In this document: positions 10,342 through 23,580 of the stretch, piece by piece
Layout of the letters: each line of letters opens with the position of its first letter
Position numbering within the stretch: position 1 is the first letter of the stretch
From: an uncultured Ruminococcus sp.
GTDB lineage: Bacteria > Bacillota > Clostridia > Oscillospirales > CAG-272
Length of the DNA: 64,000 bases
Assembly: GCA_964590755.1 (NCBI GenBank)
Contig: CAZPYK010000003.1
Span: 3,382-67,381 of the forward strand
Direction: 5' to 3'
Program-made: the position numbers and the translations under genes
Notes under the pieces: model-generated
Told to the model about the DNA's origin: nothing
The model's database searches: none
The model's input: the letters and a program-made list of their open reading frames with translations, nothing else

Positions 10342-10369
10342 TTGCAAAGCGAAGATTTTGTGATATAAT
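10342..10369 (+). promoter_or_regulatory. candidate extended -10 promoter (TTGCAA-16-TGATATAAT)
   Basis: TTGCAA lies at 10342-10347 and TATAAT at 10364-10369, preceded by TGA. It would give a ~240-nt leader before the response-regulator gene. Confidence 0.45.
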
Positions 10370-10610
10370 ATGATTGGTGTTGTGTTTTATTGCTTTTTAT
10401 AATAACGACTTGTTCTTTATAATGTAAATGTAAAATAATGCATGTGAAAATTCATGCAATCATCACACAATACACTTAATGACAATGTATAATCAAAATG
10501 CAAGGCTCAAGCTTTGGCCGAGCCGTGACCGCTCGCGGTCGCTTTTGAGAACAAAAAGAAAACAGCGTAAGACAAAATGAGATAAAAACAAAAACAGGAG
10601 GAGCCAATAA

Positions 10611-11306
10611 ATGAACTACACAAAAATTCTGGTAGTGGATGATGACAGCAACATAAGAGATCTTCTTAAGCAGGGGCTCGAAAACGAGGGCTACGAGGTG
10701 AAGACGGCCTCCGACGGCTATGAGGCTGTGGATACCTTTAAAAAGTATGATCCCGATATCATGCTTCTCGATATAATGCTTCCCGGAAAGAGCGGCAGAG
10801 ATGTGTGCACCGAGATACGCAAGTTTTCCACCAAGCCGATCATTATGATAACCGCCAAGGGAGATGTCGTTGACAAGGTGGTCTGCCTTGAGTTGGGAGC
10901 CGACGATTTTGTCGTGAAGCCCTTTGACCTTAATGAGCTCTTCGCTCGTATAAAGGCGGTGCTTCGCCGTTGCAGCTTCCACGAGGAGCCGGGCGACAGC
11001 GAGGTCATAAAATTCGAAAACATAGAGATCAGCAAGCAAAAATATGAGCTCAAACTGAACGGCAGATCGGTCGATATTCCGCCCAAGGAGCTCGAACTGC
11101 TTTATTTTCTTGCGTCGAATTACAATCGCGTATTCACGCGCGATCAGCTTTTGGATAAGGTGTGGGGCTTTGATTATTTGGGAGACTCCCGCACGGTGGA
11201 TGTGCATGTTAAGAGGCTGCGCGAAAAGCTTGAGGGCGTATCCGAAAAGTGGATGCTGAAGACAGTTTGGGGAGTAGGCTATAAATTCGAAGTGGTCGGC
11301 AACTGA
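10611..11306 (+). CDS. OmpR/PhoB-family response regulator
   Basis: Receiver domain (ILVVDDDSNIRDLL, LLDIMLPGKSG, ITAKG, VKPFD) plus a winged helix (ELELLYFLASNYNRVFTRDQLLDKVWG..RTVDVHVKRLREKL). Strong AGGAGGAG RBS. Confidence 0.9.
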   Translation: MNYTKILVVDDDSNIRDLLKQGLENEGYEVKTASDGYEAVDTFKKYDPDIMLLDIMLPGKSGRDVCTEIRKFSTKPIIMITAKGDVVDKVVCLELGADDFVVKPFDLNELFARIKAVLRRCSFHEEPGDSEVIKFENIEISKQKYELKLNGRSVDIPPKELELLYFLASNYNRVFTRDQLLDKVWGFDYLGDSRTVDVHVKRLREKLEGVSEKWMLKTVWGVGYKFEVVGN

Positions 11307-11449
11307 TCGATCGACAACAATGTCCGGTGTCACGACCGGCGCAACTTGTAAGACAGGGCTGCGGTACGGTAAGTGCTGCGGTCCTGCTTTGTTGTGAGCG
11401 GACAAGGTGCACGGAACGGCTTATCGGGGCACGCTCCCGCCGGAAAGGT

Positions 11450-12952
11450 ATGGTCATTATACAGATGTTTAAAAGTGTTTTTGCCAAGTACACCTCCGCA
11501 TTTATGCTGATAATCGTGATAAGCTTTGCGATACTCACCGCGATAGTCGGAACGCTCATCAACGGCTATACCGATTCCATGCGCATGAGCACGGTGGAAT
11601 CAACGGCGGAGGCCGTTGCGGAATGCATAGAGGAAAAGATCGAAAAAAGCGGGCTTTACGATTTTGCCGCATTTTGCGAGATATACGAAAGCGATATAAG
11701 CACTTTCGTCAATTCGATAGTTCGCGCAAGCAACGAGGATATGCTTGTGCTGGTCACCGGCAATTCGGGAAAGATAGCGGTCGCAAGCGCGTATGATTCG
11801 GTTGAGCTTCGCGGCGCTCAAATACCCAAGCAGATAATGGACGATATAAACAGCGGATCGGAGCCGGATAACCTTGAACGCATAGACGGAATAGTCGACG
11901 AAAAAAGTCTCATTTCCGCGCGGTCGGTATATCTTCGCGACAGCTATATCTGCGGCACGGTCTTTGTTTGCATGCGTGCCGCCGCGGATGAAGGGCTGAG
12001 CGCGGTGGCGACGCGCACCATCGCTCTTGCGAGTCTGTGGGTGCTTTTGGCGGCATTGATCGCGGTTTATTTTATTACCGATCGAGTCAGCGGGCCGCTG
12101 AAGGATATGAGCCGCGCGGCAAAGCGCCTGGCGGCGGGAAGGTTTGATGTTCGAGTTCCCGTGGTCGGAGACGACGAGGTCGCGGAGCTGGCGAGAACCT
12201 TCAACAACATGGCAAGCTCGCTTGCATCTCTTGATGATATGCGCAATGATTTCATGTCAAGCGTCTCGCATGATATGCGCACGCCGATGACGACGATATC
12301 GGGGTTTATCGATTGCATTCTTTCCGGGGCTATACCTCCGGAGCAGCACGAGCATTATCTCAAGGTGATCCGCGACGAGGTGCAGCGGCTGTCGAGGCTC
12401 GTCTCCACGTTGCTTGATATCTCTCGCATACAGGCGGGAGACCGCAAGTTCGTTATGGCTCCGTTCGACATATGCGAGATGGGAAGACAGGTCCTTATCT
12501 CCTGCGAGCAGAGGATAGATGCCAAGCGACTTGAGGTGGAGTTTGATATAGACGACGATAATATGTACGTCAACGGTGACCATGACGCGATATATCAGAT
12601 CGTTTATAATATTTGTGACAACGCGATAAAGTTTTCGAAAGATGCGGGGCTTTTGCGCGTGAGTATTCGATATGCCGAGAACAAGAAGATCAGTGTGAGC
12701 GTCTTCAATGAAGGTGACGGTGTTCCGCTTGAGGATCAACCGTATATCTTTGAGCGATTTTACAAGAGCGACCGCAGTCGCGGCAAGGATAAGAGCGGAG
12801 TGGGACTTGGTATGTTTATCGCCAAGACGATAATCAAGGCGCACGGCGAGGATATCATTCTGCGCAGTGAGCCGGGCAAGGATTGCGAGTTCATCTTCAC
12901 GCTCCCGCGAGCGTCCGCGCCCGAAAGAAAAGCACAATCGGAAGCAAAATGA
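11450..12952 (+). CDS. sensor histidine kinase (HAMP-HisKA-HATPase)
   Basis: N-terminal TM segment, extracytoplasmic segment, second TM segment, HAMP domain, H-box SHDMRTPMTTISGF, and N/G boxes (DNAIKFS, GVGLGMFIAK). The start is set at M42 of the listed ORF (GGAAAGG RBS). Confidence 0.88.
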   Translation: MVIIQMFKSVFAKYTSAFMLIIVISFAILTAIVGTLINGYTDSMRMSTVESTAEAVAECIEEKIEKSGLYDFAAFCEIYESDISTFVNSIVRASNEDMLVLVTGNSGKIAVASAYDSVELRGAQIPKQIMDDINSGSEPDNLERIDGIVDEKSLISARSVYLRDSYICGTVFVCMRAAADEGLSAVATRTIALASLWVLLAALIAVYFITDRVSGPLKDMSRAAKRLAAGRFDVRVPVVGDDEVAELARTFNNMASSLASLDDMRNDFMSSVSHDMRTPMTTISGFIDCILSGAIPPEQHEHYLKVIRDEVQRLSRLVSTLLDISRIQAGDRKFVMAPFDICEMGRQVLISCEQRIDAKRLEVEFDIDDDNMYVNGDHDAIYQIVYNICDNAIKFSKDAGLLRVSIRYAENKKISVSVFNEGDGVPLEDQPYIFERFYKSDRSRGKDKSGVGLGMFIAKTIIKAHGEDIILRSEPGKDCEFIFTLPRASAPERKAQSEAK

Positions 12953-12980
12953 CCGAAAAACGAAAGCTGTGGTATTCATT

Positions 12981-14396
12981 ATGACCGAAGAAGAAAAAAA
13001 TCTTAACGAAGCGCATTCCGACGGTGATGCCGCACGGGATATGCCCGAGGCGGATGCCGTTTTCGACGCGCCGTGCGATTTGTCCGTGTGTGTCACGTGT
13101 ACGCAGCCGGACGCGCCGTCAGGCGTCGCGGATGAGTTGTCGACTGTAAAGGAAAACACAAAAATAAAAAACAAGAAGGAAAAGAAAAGGTCGCGTCGGC
13201 GCAAGCGCGTCGCGACACCCGGAAGCGATGCTCAAAGGCGTGGAAACGGCGAGCGCGGCGGCTGGGTGGCGCTTTCCGCACTTGCGGTTTTTGCATTGCT
13301 GATCTGTCTTGCAACGCTTGTGGCGCTGATGGCGGAATGCGGTATGTTTAGACGCATAACGGAGGCTGTGACGGGCGGCTCGCACGCGAATACCCTGGTG
13401 ACGAATAAATATATCTTTGTCCGCGAGGACGGTACAACCGGCAGACTTTCGATTCCCGAGATAGCAGACAAGGTCTCGCCGTCGGTGGTGGGCATAGCGG
13501 TCAAAAAGACCGCAAGCTCCGGTGTCGGCAGTGGGATAATCAAGACCTCGGACGGATATATCATTACAAATTACCATGTGACCGACGATGCGACCGAGAT
13601 ATATGTTATCACGGCGAACGGTATGAATTATCCCGCGCGATATATCGGAGGCAACGAGCTTGCCGACGTTGCGGTGATAAAGATCGACGCTGCGGGTCTG
13701 ACCGCGGCGGAATTCGGAGATTCGGATTCTCTGGTCGTCGGTGAAACGACTGTTGCTATAGGCACTCCCGGAAGCATAGAATACGCGGGAACGGTGACAA
13801 CGGGTATCATATCCTGCGCAAACCGCAATGTCGGTTTTTACGATGATTCGGGGCTGCTTCAAAAGACGATGCACTTGATCCAGACCAGCACGCAGATAAA
13901 TCCGGGCAATTCCGGCGGACCGCTTATCGACGGTGACGGAAGGGTCATCGGAATCAACACATATAAGATAAAAAGCGAGGGCTTTGAAGGGCTGGGCTTT
14001 GCCATTCCGATAAACGGTGCCTTGAAGGTGGTGGACGCCATCCTTGCCGGCAACGACAACGAGACCGGAGGAATAGTTTCTCTTGCCGCAAAGCTGGGTA
14101 TTACCGGAATGGCGGTCACGCGCGGAACGAGCTTTACGTATGAAAACGAGAGCGGCGCGGTAATGGCTGTGGCGGAAGTCGACGGTGTGGCGGTGATAAC
14201 GATTGCATCCGATAAATACGACGCCGCGCTGAAGCTGAAGCCGGGGGATATAATCACCTCGATCGACGGTATATGTGCTTCGACGATAGATGATATCCGT
14301 GAAGCCGTTGCGAGAAAAACACCCGGGGAGAGTGTGGCTTTGGTGCTCGTGCGCTCGGGATCGGAAATTAAGCTTGATGTTATATTGGGAAGCTGA
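12981..14396 (+). CDS. htrA: membrane-anchored HtrA/DegP-family serine protease with C-terminal PDZ domain
   Basis: Catalytic triad context ITNYHV / DVAVIK / GNSGGPL, a PDZ-like C-terminus, one TM segment (WVALSALAVFALLICLATLVALMA), and a basic low-complexity N-terminal tail. Confidence 0.88.
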   Translation: MTEEEKNLNEAHSDGDAARDMPEADAVFDAPCDLSVCVTCTQPDAPSGVADELSTVKENTKIKNKKEKKRSRRRKRVATPGSDAQRRGNGERGGWVALSALAVFALLICLATLVALMAECGMFRRITEAVTGGSHANTLVTNKYIFVREDGTTGRLSIPEIADKVSPSVVGIAVKKTASSGVGSGIIKTSDGYIITNYHVTDDATEIYVITANGMNYPARYIGGNELADVAVIKIDAAGLTAAEFGDSDSLVVGETTVAIGTPGSIEYAGTVTTGIISCANRNVGFYDDSGLLQKTMHLIQTSTQINPGNSGGPLIDGDGRVIGINTYKIKSEGFEGLGFAIPINGALKVVDAILAGNDNETGGIVSLAAKLGITGMAVTRGTSFTYENESGAVMAVAEVDGVAVITIASDKYDAALKLKPGDIITSIDGICASTIDDIREAVARKTPGESVALVLVRSGSEIKLDVILGS

Positions 14397-14413
14397 CATA
14401 TGTGATATCGGTC

Positions 14414-14450
14414 GGGCTGTCTTGCGTCGGTGAGACAGCCCATGCTTTTT
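14414..14450 (+). terminator. rho-independent terminator after htrA
   Basis: GGGCTGTCT...AGACAGCCC stem followed by ATGCTTTTT. Confidence 0.7.
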
Positions 14451-14481
14451 GAGAGAAAATTCCGAAATCGAAATTTTATTG

Positions 14482-14510
14482 TTGACAACACATGCGTGAC
14501 ATGCTATAAT
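14482..14510 (+). promoter_or_regulatory. consensus sigma-A promoter for uvrBA (TTGACA-17-TATAAT)
   Basis: Perfect hexamers lie at 14482-14487 and 14505-14510 with a 17-nt spacer. Confidence 0.6.
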
Positions 14511-14566
14511 AATTAGACAACGATTTCCGATATGGAATCGAATGGCAAAACGCGCGGGAGAAAAAG

Positions 14567-16555
14567 ATGGGCTCGTTCAAACTCAAAAGCGAATACACTC
14601 CGACCGGAGATCAGCCGGAAGCGATAGAGGCGCTCTCTCGCGGCTTGGCGGAAGGAAAGAGGATGCAGACCCTGCTGGGTGTTACCGGCTCGGGTAAGAC
14701 TTTTACAATGGCAAATGTTATCGCTCGGTGCGGCCGACCGACGATAATATTGGAGTCCAACAAAACGCTGGCAGCACAGGTGTGCTCTGAGATGCGAGAA
14801 TTCTTTCCCGACAGCGCCGTGGAATATTTCGTTTCGTATTATGATTATTATCAGCCGGAGGCGTACATTCCCGGTAAGGATATGTATATCGAAAAGGACG
14901 CGCTGGTCAATGATGAGATAGACCGTTTGCGCCACAGTGCCACCTCTGCGCTCTTTGAGCGTCGTGATGTTATAATAGTGGCAAGCGTCTCGTGCATTTA
15001 TTCTTTGGGTGACCCCGGGGAATATCGCGAGCTGGTTATCGCGTTGCGTCCCGGTATGGAAATGAGCCGTGAAAAGCTCTTGAGAAGGCTGACGGCGGTG
15101 AGCTATACTCGCAACGATATGAACCTGGTGCGCGACAGTTTCCGCGTGCGCGGCGATACTGTTGAAATAATTCCCGCCTCGTCGGGCGACAAGGCGCTCA
15201 GAGTGGAATTTTTCGGGGATGAGATCGAGCGAGTGAGCGAGATAAATGTTGTCACGGGTGAGCTTTTGCGTCGTTTGACATACGCGGCGGTGTATCCCGC
15301 CACGCATTACGCCGTATCCGACGACAAGCGCGAAGCGGCGCTTGCCGAGATAGAGGCGGAGATGCGGGAGCGCGCGGCGTTTTTTACCTCAGAGGGTAAG
15401 CTCATCGAGGCGCAGCGAATTACCGAGCGTACGAAATACGATCTTGAGATGCTCAGAGAAGTCGGATTTTGCTCCGGTGTGGAGAATTATTCCCGCGTTC
15501 TTTCGGGCAGAGAGCCGGGGTCGACGCCGTATACGCTGCTTGATTATTTTCCGCAGGACTATATCATGTTCATAGATGAATCGCACGTGACGGTTCCGCA
15601 GGTCCGCGGAATGAGCGGCGGCGATTCGGCGCGAAAGCGCAATTTGGTTGAATACGGTTTCAGACTGCCGTCCGCGTATGACAATCGTCCGCTTTATTTT
15701 GAGGAATTTGAACAAAAGCTGAATCAGGTGATCTTTGTCAGTGCCACGCCGGGAGATTATGAGGGCGAGCATTCGTCGGCGACCGCCGAGCAGATAATAA
15801 GACCCACCGGATTGCTGGATCCCGAGGTCGAGGTGCGTCCGATAGAAGGGCAGATAGACGACATGCTCGGAGAGATACGAGCGAGGACCGCAAGGGGCGA
15901 ACGCGTGCTGGTCACAACGCTGACAAGAAAAATGGCTGAGGATCTGACGGGATATCTTTCGGATAACGGCGTGAAGGTCAGGTACATCCATTTTAATGTG
16001 GATACCATTGAGCGCATGGAGATAATTCGCGACCTGCGGCTCGGTGTGTTCGATGTGCTGGTCGGAATAAATCTGCTGAGAGAGGGGCTTGACCTTCCCG
16101 AGGTCTCGCTTGTGGTCATTTTGGACGCCGACAAGGAGGGCTTCTTGCGTGCGGAAAGATCGCTGATACAGACCATCGGACGCGCCGCAAGAAACGAAAA
16201 CGGCAAGGTCATAATGTATGCCGATGAGATCACCGGCTCAATGCGACGCGCGATAGCCGAGACCGAAAGGCGCCGACGCATACAGAGAAACTACAACGAA
16301 GAGCACGGCATCACGCCGCACACCGTTGTCAAAGGAATACGCGATGTTATCGACATTGCCGCTCACGGCTCGGGCGCCGATGCCGCTTCAAGCGCAAAGC
16401 GCAGCCGCGCCGATGTCAAGAAGATGTCAAAATCCGAGCGAGAGGCGACGATCGAGCGCATGACAAAGCAGATGAAGGAAGCGGCTCGCAGCCTTGACTT
16501 CGAGCTTGCCGCCTTCCTGCGCGATCGCATTCGCGAGATACGCGAGACAAAATAA
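14567..16555 (+). CDS. uvrB: excinuclease ABC subunit B
   Basis: [31 protein letters not shown], helicase motifs, and a C-terminal UVR domain ([13 protein letters not shown]). Confidence 0.97.
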   Translation: MGSFKLKSEYTPTGDQPEAIEALSRGLAEGKRMQTLLGVTGSGKTFTMANVIARCGRPTIILESNKTLAAQVCSEMREFFPDSAVEYFVSYYDYYQPEAYIPGKDMYIEKDALVNDEIDRLRHSATSALFERRDVIIVASVSCIYSLGDPGEYRELVIALRPGMEMSREKLLRRLTAVSYTRNDMNLVRDSFRVRGDTVEIIPASSGDKALRVEFFGDEIERVSEINVVTGELLRRLTYAAVYPATHYAVSDDKREAALAEIEAEMRERAAFFTSEGKLIEAQRITERTKYDLEMLREVGFCSGVENYSRVLSGREPGSTPYTLLDYFPQDYIMFIDESHVTVPQVRGMSGGDSARKRNLVEYGFRLPSAYDNRPLYFEEFEQKLNQVIFVSATPGDYEGEHSSATAEQIIRPTGLLDPEVEVRPIEGQIDDMLGEIRARTARGERVLVTTLTRKMAEDLTGYLSDNGVKVRYIHFNVDTIERMEIIRDLRLGVFDVLVGINLLREGLDLPEVSLVVILDADKEGFLRAERSLIQTIGRAARNENGKVIMYADEITGSMRRAIAETERRRRIQRNYNEEHGITPHTVVKGIRDVIDIAAHGSGADAASSAKRSRADVKKMSKSEREATIERMTKQMKEAARSLDFELAAFLRDRIREIRETK

Positions 16556-16626
16556 GCTTGAAACATTGAAACGAAAAAATATAAAACAGAGTCGAAAGGT
16601 TCGGAAAACCGCCGAAGGATCAAAAA

Positions 16627-19461
16627 ATGCCTGATTACATTAAAATAAAGGGCGCGCGCGTCCACAATTTGAAAAATATTGATCTTACCATACCCAGAGA
16701 TAAGCTCGTTGTGTTTACCGGACTCTCGGGCTCGGGTAAATCATCTCTTGCTTTTGACACGATATATGCCGAGGGACACCGCAGATTCGTGGAGTCGCTG
16801 TCCTCTTATGCGCGGCAGTTCTTGGGTCAGCTTGATAAGCCGGATATCGATTCGATAGAGGGGCTCTCGCCCGCGATATCAATAGATCAGAAAACGACAT
16901 CCAAGAACCCGCGCTCGACCGTGGGAACGGTCACCGAGATATACGATTACCTCAGATTGCTTTATGCGAGAGTCGGGGTGACGCATTGCCCGGTGTGCGG
17001 AAAGGTGATATCGCGCCAGACCGTTGACCAGATAATAGACAAGATAATGACGCTTCCCGAGGGCACGCGCTTTTTGGTGCTTGCTCCGATCGTGAGAGCG
17101 AAAAAGGGAAGGCATGAAAAGATATTTGCCGATGCGCGTCGCTCGGGATATACGCGAGTTCGCGTTGACGGAAATATGTATGAGCTTGACGAGAAGATAA
17201 CACTTGATAAAAACATTCGTCACAGCATTGAGGTCGTGGTGGACAGGCTGGTCATGCGCGCCGATATAAGGTCGCGACTTGCCGATTCGGTCGAGACCGC
17301 ATTGGCGCTTGCCGAGAAGCGAATGACCGTGGTCACCGTGCCGCGCGAGGAGGATGAGCAGCCCCGGGAACTTGAATTTTCGCAGACATATGCGTGCGAC
17401 GAGCACGGCATATCCTTCGGTGAGCTTGAGCCGCGTATGTTTTCCTTCAATAATCCGGCGGGCGCATGTCCCGCTTGTGCGGGACTCGGAATGACGCGGC
17501 GCGTTTCGGTCGACAGGGTCATTCCCGACCGTTCGCTTTCGCTCTCCGGAGGGGCGATAGCCGTAAACGGGTTTAAAACTTTGGAGGAGGAGAGTTGGAA
17601 CGGCCCGCTCTTCGCCGCAGTTGCGGAAAAATACGGCTTTACACTCGATACGCCGCTGGATAAGCTGACAAAGGAGCAATTCAATATTCTGCTTTACGGC
17701 TCGGGCAACGAAAAATACGAGGTCACACGTTATTTCGGCCACGAGGCGCATCATAAGTCATATACCTTTGACGGCATCATGACTATGATAGAGCAGAGAA
17801 TGGAATACGGCATGAGCGCCGAATATTACGAGCAATTCATAGAGGAGATCCCCTGCGAGGTCTGCCACGGCAGACGACTCAATCCTATGTCGCTTGCGGT
17901 CACGGTCGGAGGCTTGGCGATCGACGAATTTTGCGATCTTTCGGTCGATCGTGCGCTTGAATACATCTCGTCCACCGAACTTGAGTTGACCGACACCGAA
18001 AAAGAGATAGTCAAGGAGGTCATAAAGGAGATACGTGCGCGTCTGGAGTTTTTGAGAAGCGTGGGACTCGGATACCTGACGCTGTCTCGGCGTGCGGGAA
18101 CGCTTTCGGGCGGGGAGGCACAGCGTATAAGGCTTGCCACTCAGATCGGTTCGTCGCTGGTCGGAGTGCTTTACGTGCTTGATGAGCCCAGCATCGGACT
18201 TCACCAGCGTGACAACGATCTGCTGATCGCCACATTGAAGCAACTGCGCGACCTCGGAAATACCGTCATCGTGGTAGAACACGATGAGGACATGATGCGC
18301 AGATCCGATTATATAGTGGATATCGGTCCGGGTGCGGGGGTGCACGGCGGTAATGTTGTTGCCGCGGGAACGCCGGAAGAAGTGGCTGCCAACGAGGCTT
18401 CGCTGACGGGAGCGTATCTTTCGGGCAGAAAGCAGATACCGGTGCCGTCCGAGCGTCGCGCGGGCAGCGGACATTTCTTAAAGATAAAAGGGGCGCGAGA
18501 GCACAACCTTAAAAATATTGATGTTGACATTCCGCTTGGGTGCTTCGTATGTGTCACGGGGGTATCCGGTTCGGGCAAATCCTCGCTTGTGAACGGAATA
18601 ATCAACCCTACGCTTCTTTCCGCTCTCAACGGAGCTCGCCGACGTCCCGGCAATTGCGACGGGGTGGAGGGAGTCGAATACCTCGATAAGGTCATTGATA
18701 TAGACCAAAGTCCGATAGGAAGAACGCCTCGCTCGAATCCCGCCACCTATACCGGACTGTTTAACGACATAAGAGAGCTTTTTGCGCAGACGCGAGATGC
18801 CAACGTTCGCGGCTATAAGGCGGGAAGGTTTTCGTTCAATGTCAAGGGCGGCAGATGCGAGGCGTGTCAAGGTGACGGTGTGCGTAAGATAGAAATGCAT
18901 TTTTTGCCGGATGTATATGTTACGTGCGATGTGTGTCACGGAAAAAGATACAATCATGACACACTGGAGGTCAGATATAACGGAAAAAATATATACGAGG
19001 TCCTTGAGATGACCGCCGAGGAGGGCGTTATATTCTTTGACGGATTGCCCAAGCTGCGTCGCAGACTTCAAACACTGTGCGACGTCGGCCTCGGATATAT
19101 AAAGATAGGTCAGGCATCTACCACCATATCCGGCGGCGAGGCGCAGAGAGTCAAGCTTGCCACCGAGCTTTCCCGCCGCGGCACGGGGCGCACGATGTAT
19201 ATTCTCGACGAGCCGACAACGGGGCTTCACACCGATGATGTGGCAAAACTGCTCACGGTGCTTCAACGGTTCGTTGATGCGGGGAACACCGTGCTCGTCA
19301 TAGAGCACAATATGGAAGTGATAAAGTCTGCCGATTATATCATCGATCTCGGACCCGAGGGCGGTGACGGCGGCGGAACGCTCGTTGCGTGCGGTACTCC
19401 GGAGGATATCGCGGCATGCGAGAACTCCTACACCGGGAAATATTTGAGGGCGTATCTGTAA
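16627..19461 (+). CDS. uvrA: excinuclease ABC subunit A
   Basis: [46 protein letters not shown], two ABC ATPase modules and zinc-finger Cys pairs. Confidence 0.97.
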   Translation: MPDYIKIKGARVHNLKNIDLTIPRDKLVVFTGLSGSGKSSLAFDTIYAEGHRRFVESLSSYARQFLGQLDKPDIDSIEGLSPAISIDQKTTSKNPRSTVGTVTEIYDYLRLLYARVGVTHCPVCGKVISRQTVDQIIDKIMTLPEGTRFLVLAPIVRAKKGRHEKIFADARRSGYTRVRVDGNMYELDEKITLDKNIRHSIEVVVDRLVMRADIRSRLADSVETALALAEKRMTVVTVPREEDEQPRELEFSQTYACDEHGISFGELEPRMFSFNNPAGACPACAGLGMTRRVSVDRVIPDRSLSLSGGAIAVNGFKTLEEESWNGPLFAAVAEKYGFTLDTPLDKLTKEQFNILLYGSGNEKYEVTRYFGHEAHHKSYTFDGIMTMIEQRMEYGMSAEYYEQFIEEIPCEVCHGRRLNPMSLAVTVGGLAIDEFCDLSVDRALEYISSTELELTDTEKEIVKEVIKEIRARLEFLRSVGLGYLTLSRRAGTLSGGEAQRIRLATQIGSSLVGVLYVLDEPSIGLHQRDNDLLIATLKQLRDLGNTVIVVEHDEDMMRRSDYIVDIGPGAGVHGGNVVAAGTPEEVAANEASLTGAYLSGRKQIPVPSERRAGSGHFLKIKGAREHNLKNIDVDIPLGCFVCVTGVSGSGKSSLVNGIINPTLLSALNGARRRPGNCDGVEGVEYLDKVIDIDQSPIGRTPRSNPATYTGLFNDIRELFAQTRDANVRGYKAGRFSFNVKGGRCEACQGDGVRKIEMHFLPDVYVTCDVCHGKRYNHDTLEVRYNGKNIYEVLEMTAEEGVIFFDGLPKLRRRLQTLCDVGLGYIKIGQASTTISGGEAQRVKLATELSRRGTGRTMYILDEPTTGLHTDDVAKLLTVLQRFVDAGNTVLVIEHNMEVIKSADYIIDLGPEGGDGGGTLVACGTPEDIAACENSYTGKYLRAYL

Positions 19462-19485
19462 GACACCAAGTTCATGAAATGACAT

Positions 19486-19539
19486 GCGACCGTGACATCG
19501 GTCATAACGCGACCGATGTCACGGTCGCGTTGTATTTTT
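19486..19539 (+). terminator. rho-independent terminator after uvrA
   Basis: Perfect 18-bp stem GCGACCGTGACATCGGTC / GACCGATGTCACGGTCGC with a 7-nt loop, followed by GTTGTATTTTT. Confidence 0.75.
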
Positions 19540-19683
19540 CGATTTGCGGCGCATCCTTGAGATTGTCGTGCGCCGAAATTGTCACAAAAAAACGGCAAGT
19601 GCCAAAATTCACAATTTGTTAACAAAAATGAAACTCCAAAAGCACAAACAGAAGCCGTTTTCGTGGTATATTATAAGCGTTGG

Positions 19684-19710
19684 TTAGCACTGAACTATTG
19701 CGAGTGCTAA
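19684..19710 (+). promoter_or_regulatory. CIRCE operator (HrcA binding site)
   Basis: TTAGCACTG-N9-GAGTGCTAA differs from the consensus TTAGCACTC-N9-GAGTGCTAA at one position. It lies ~75 nt upstream of hrcA. Confidence 0.85.
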
Positions 19711-19786
19711 AAAGTCTGCTCGGACGTAGAACTTGAATGGCACGGCTTTCAAATGACCGGCTTGCCGAGAAAGGGAGGTGCGCAAA

Positions 19787-20872
19787 ATGTACGGCGACGA
19801 ATTGAGTATCCGCAAAAAAGCGATACTTAAAGCGGTGGTCGAATCGTATATTGAAAACGGCGATCCCGTAGGGTCGAGATCCTTGCAGCAGCTTCCGAAC
19901 ATGAGATGCTCCTCGGCAACGATACGAAACGAGATGGCTGAGCTTGAAAGCATGGGTTATCTTGAGCAGCCGCACACCTCTGCGGGGCGGGTACCGTCTC
20001 AGTTGGGTTATCGCTTTTATGTCGATCAGCTGATAGAGCATTACGCCATGACGACCGGTGAGATAGCTCAGATAAGTCAGGTGCTTAAGAGCAAGACGAG
20101 CGAGGTCGATCAGATATTGCTTGCGGCTTCCCGCCTTGCGTCGGCGCTTACTAATTATACCGGTATCGCCGCAAAGCCGAGGTGTGAATCGGTTACGATA
20201 ACAAGGTTTGAGTCCGCTTTCATTGATGAGTTTAATTTCGTTCTTATAATGATAAGTTCGGTCGGCTCGGTCATATCGAAGCACATACGCCTTAACGCGC
20301 CGATCGGGCAGGAGAGCGTGCTCAGGCTCACCGGTGCACTCAACGATAATATTTTGGGGCTTTCCGCAAACGAGATAAATCTTCCGGTAATAATGCGTCT
20401 TGAGGCGTCGATGGGAGATGAGGCGCCGCTCATCGGTCCGATAATCAAGACGGTGTATGCCACCATGACCGAGCTGGACGGCGGAGAGTTGAGGCTTTCG
20501 GGCATAAATCATCTTTTGCAATATCAGGATTATGCCGATACCGATGAGCTCAAGGATCTGCTGGGGACGCTTGAACGCAAGGAGGAGATACTTGATCTTG
20601 TCTCAAGGGAAAAGGACGGAGAGATATCGGTCGTGATCGGTTCGGAATCCCCCGTGAGCGTGATGAACAACTCTTCTCTTGTCTTTAAGCCGATAAAGCG
20701 CGGAGACAAGACGGTGGGAGTCATAGGTGTTCTGGGACCGCTTCGTATGGATTATGCACGTGTGCTTGAAACCATAGAGCGCCTTTGCGGAATGATAGGC
20801 GAGATGATAGATTCGGATGCTCCGCAGGCTCCGCCGGCGTTGACCGGTGCCGGCGACTCCGAGGTGCGATAG
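19787..20872 (+). CDS. hrcA: heat-inducible transcription repressor HrcA
   Basis: ELSIRKKAILKAVVESYIENGDPVGSRSL, AGGGAGGTG RBS, and first position in an hrcA-grpE-dnaK-dnaJ arrangement. Confidence 0.93.
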   Translation: MYGDELSIRKKAILKAVVESYIENGDPVGSRSLQQLPNMRCSSATIRNEMAELESMGYLEQPHTSAGRVPSQLGYRFYVDQLIEHYAMTTGEIAQISQVLKSKTSEVDQILLAASRLASALTNYTGIAAKPRCESVTITRFESAFIDEFNFVLIMISSVGSVISKHIRLNAPIGQESVLRLTGALNDNILGLSANEINLPVIMRLEASMGDEAPLIGPIIKTVYATMTELDGGELRLSGINHLLQYQDYADTDELKDLLGTLERKEEILDLVSREKDGEISVVIGSESPVSVMNNSSLVFKPIKRGDKTVGVIGVLGPLRMDYARVLETIERLCGMIGEMIDSDAPQAPPALTGAGDSEVR

Positions 20873-20908
20873 CTTGATAAGTTTACTGTGAAAGGAATTA
20901 ACATAGAT

Positions 20909-21538
20909 ATGACGGAAACGGAAAAGAATATCAACACAACAGAAGAAACGGTCAATGACAATGAAAAAGTCGATGAGACACCGAGAAACGCGAACGAGGC
21001 GGAAGCGGAAGCTTGCGAGAATGCCGAATGCGGCGACGAAAAGCTTTCTCACGGCGAAAAGAAAAAAGTTAAAAAGCTGGAGAGCAGAGTAGCCGAGCTT
21101 GAAAAAAAGCTTGAGTCCGCAGAGGCCGCAAAAAAGGCGGACGACGACAGATATCTTCGAATGCTTGCGGAATACGATAACTTCAGACGCCGCGCCGCAA
21201 AGGAAAAAGAAGGAATATACACCGAGGCATATTCGGATGCGATATCGGCGCTGCTGCCGATACTTGACAATCTCGACCGCGCCGTGGGATGCACCGATGC
21301 CGCGGCTCTTGCCGAAGGGCTGGCTCTGATAATGAAGAGCTTCGGTGAGGCACTTACAAAGCTCGGCGTAGAGGAGATAAAAGCCGCAGGCGAGACCTTC
21401 GATCCAAACCTTCACAACGCGGTCATGCACATCGAGGATGAGTCCGCGGGAGAGTCCGAGATCGTGGAGGTCTTCCAAAAAGGTTATAAAAAAGGCGACA
21501 AGGTCATCAGACACGCTGTCGTCAAGGTCGCAAACTGA
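20909..21538 (+). CDS. grpE: nucleotide exchange factor GrpE
   Basis: An acidic N-terminus, then YLRMLAEYDNFRRRAAKEKE and the C-terminal FDPNLHNAVMH..GYKKGDKVIRHAVVKV. Confidence 0.9.
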   Translation: MTETEKNINTTEETVNDNEKVDETPRNANEAEAEACENAECGDEKLSHGEKKKVKKLESRVAELEKKLESAEAAKKADDDRYLRMLAEYDNFRRRAAKEKEGIYTEAYSDAISALLPILDNLDRAVGCTDAAALAEGLALIMKSFGEALTKLGVEEIKAAGETFDPNLHNAVMHIEDESAGESEIVEVFQKGYKKGDKVIRHAVVKVAN

Positions 21539-21607
21539 CAAACGCGGTTTTCGATCGAACAACAATAAACAAACAAAAATAATAGCTTCTATAATAAACC
21601 ATAATAA

Positions 21608-23476
<1,869 letters not shown>

Positions 23477-23495
23477 GCGAATTACGGATAAAGAC

Positions 23496-23542
23496 CTTCG
23501 GGGGCTGTGGCATTTTGCGGCAGTCCCCCGAAAGCGGTTTTT
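23496..23542 (+). terminator. hairpin plus T-run between dnaK and dnaJ (partial terminator/attenuator)
   Basis: CCTTCGGGGGCTG...CAGTCCCCCGAAAG followed by CGGTTTTT. Confidence 0.5.
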
Positions 23543-23580
23543 AAAAAAGTTGATTTTATGGAATTTCAAGGTGCTGACAC

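Noticed and set aside
14397-14566. LexA/SOS (Cheo-type CGAAC-N4-GTTCG) box upstream of uvrB, and likewise upstream of uvrA, uvrC and the DinG-like helicase.
   Set aside because: No GAAC-N4-GTTC-type palindrome was seen. The only nearby dyad is an imperfect CGATTTCC-GATA-TGGAATCG (about 14531-14550), which does not fit the consensus.
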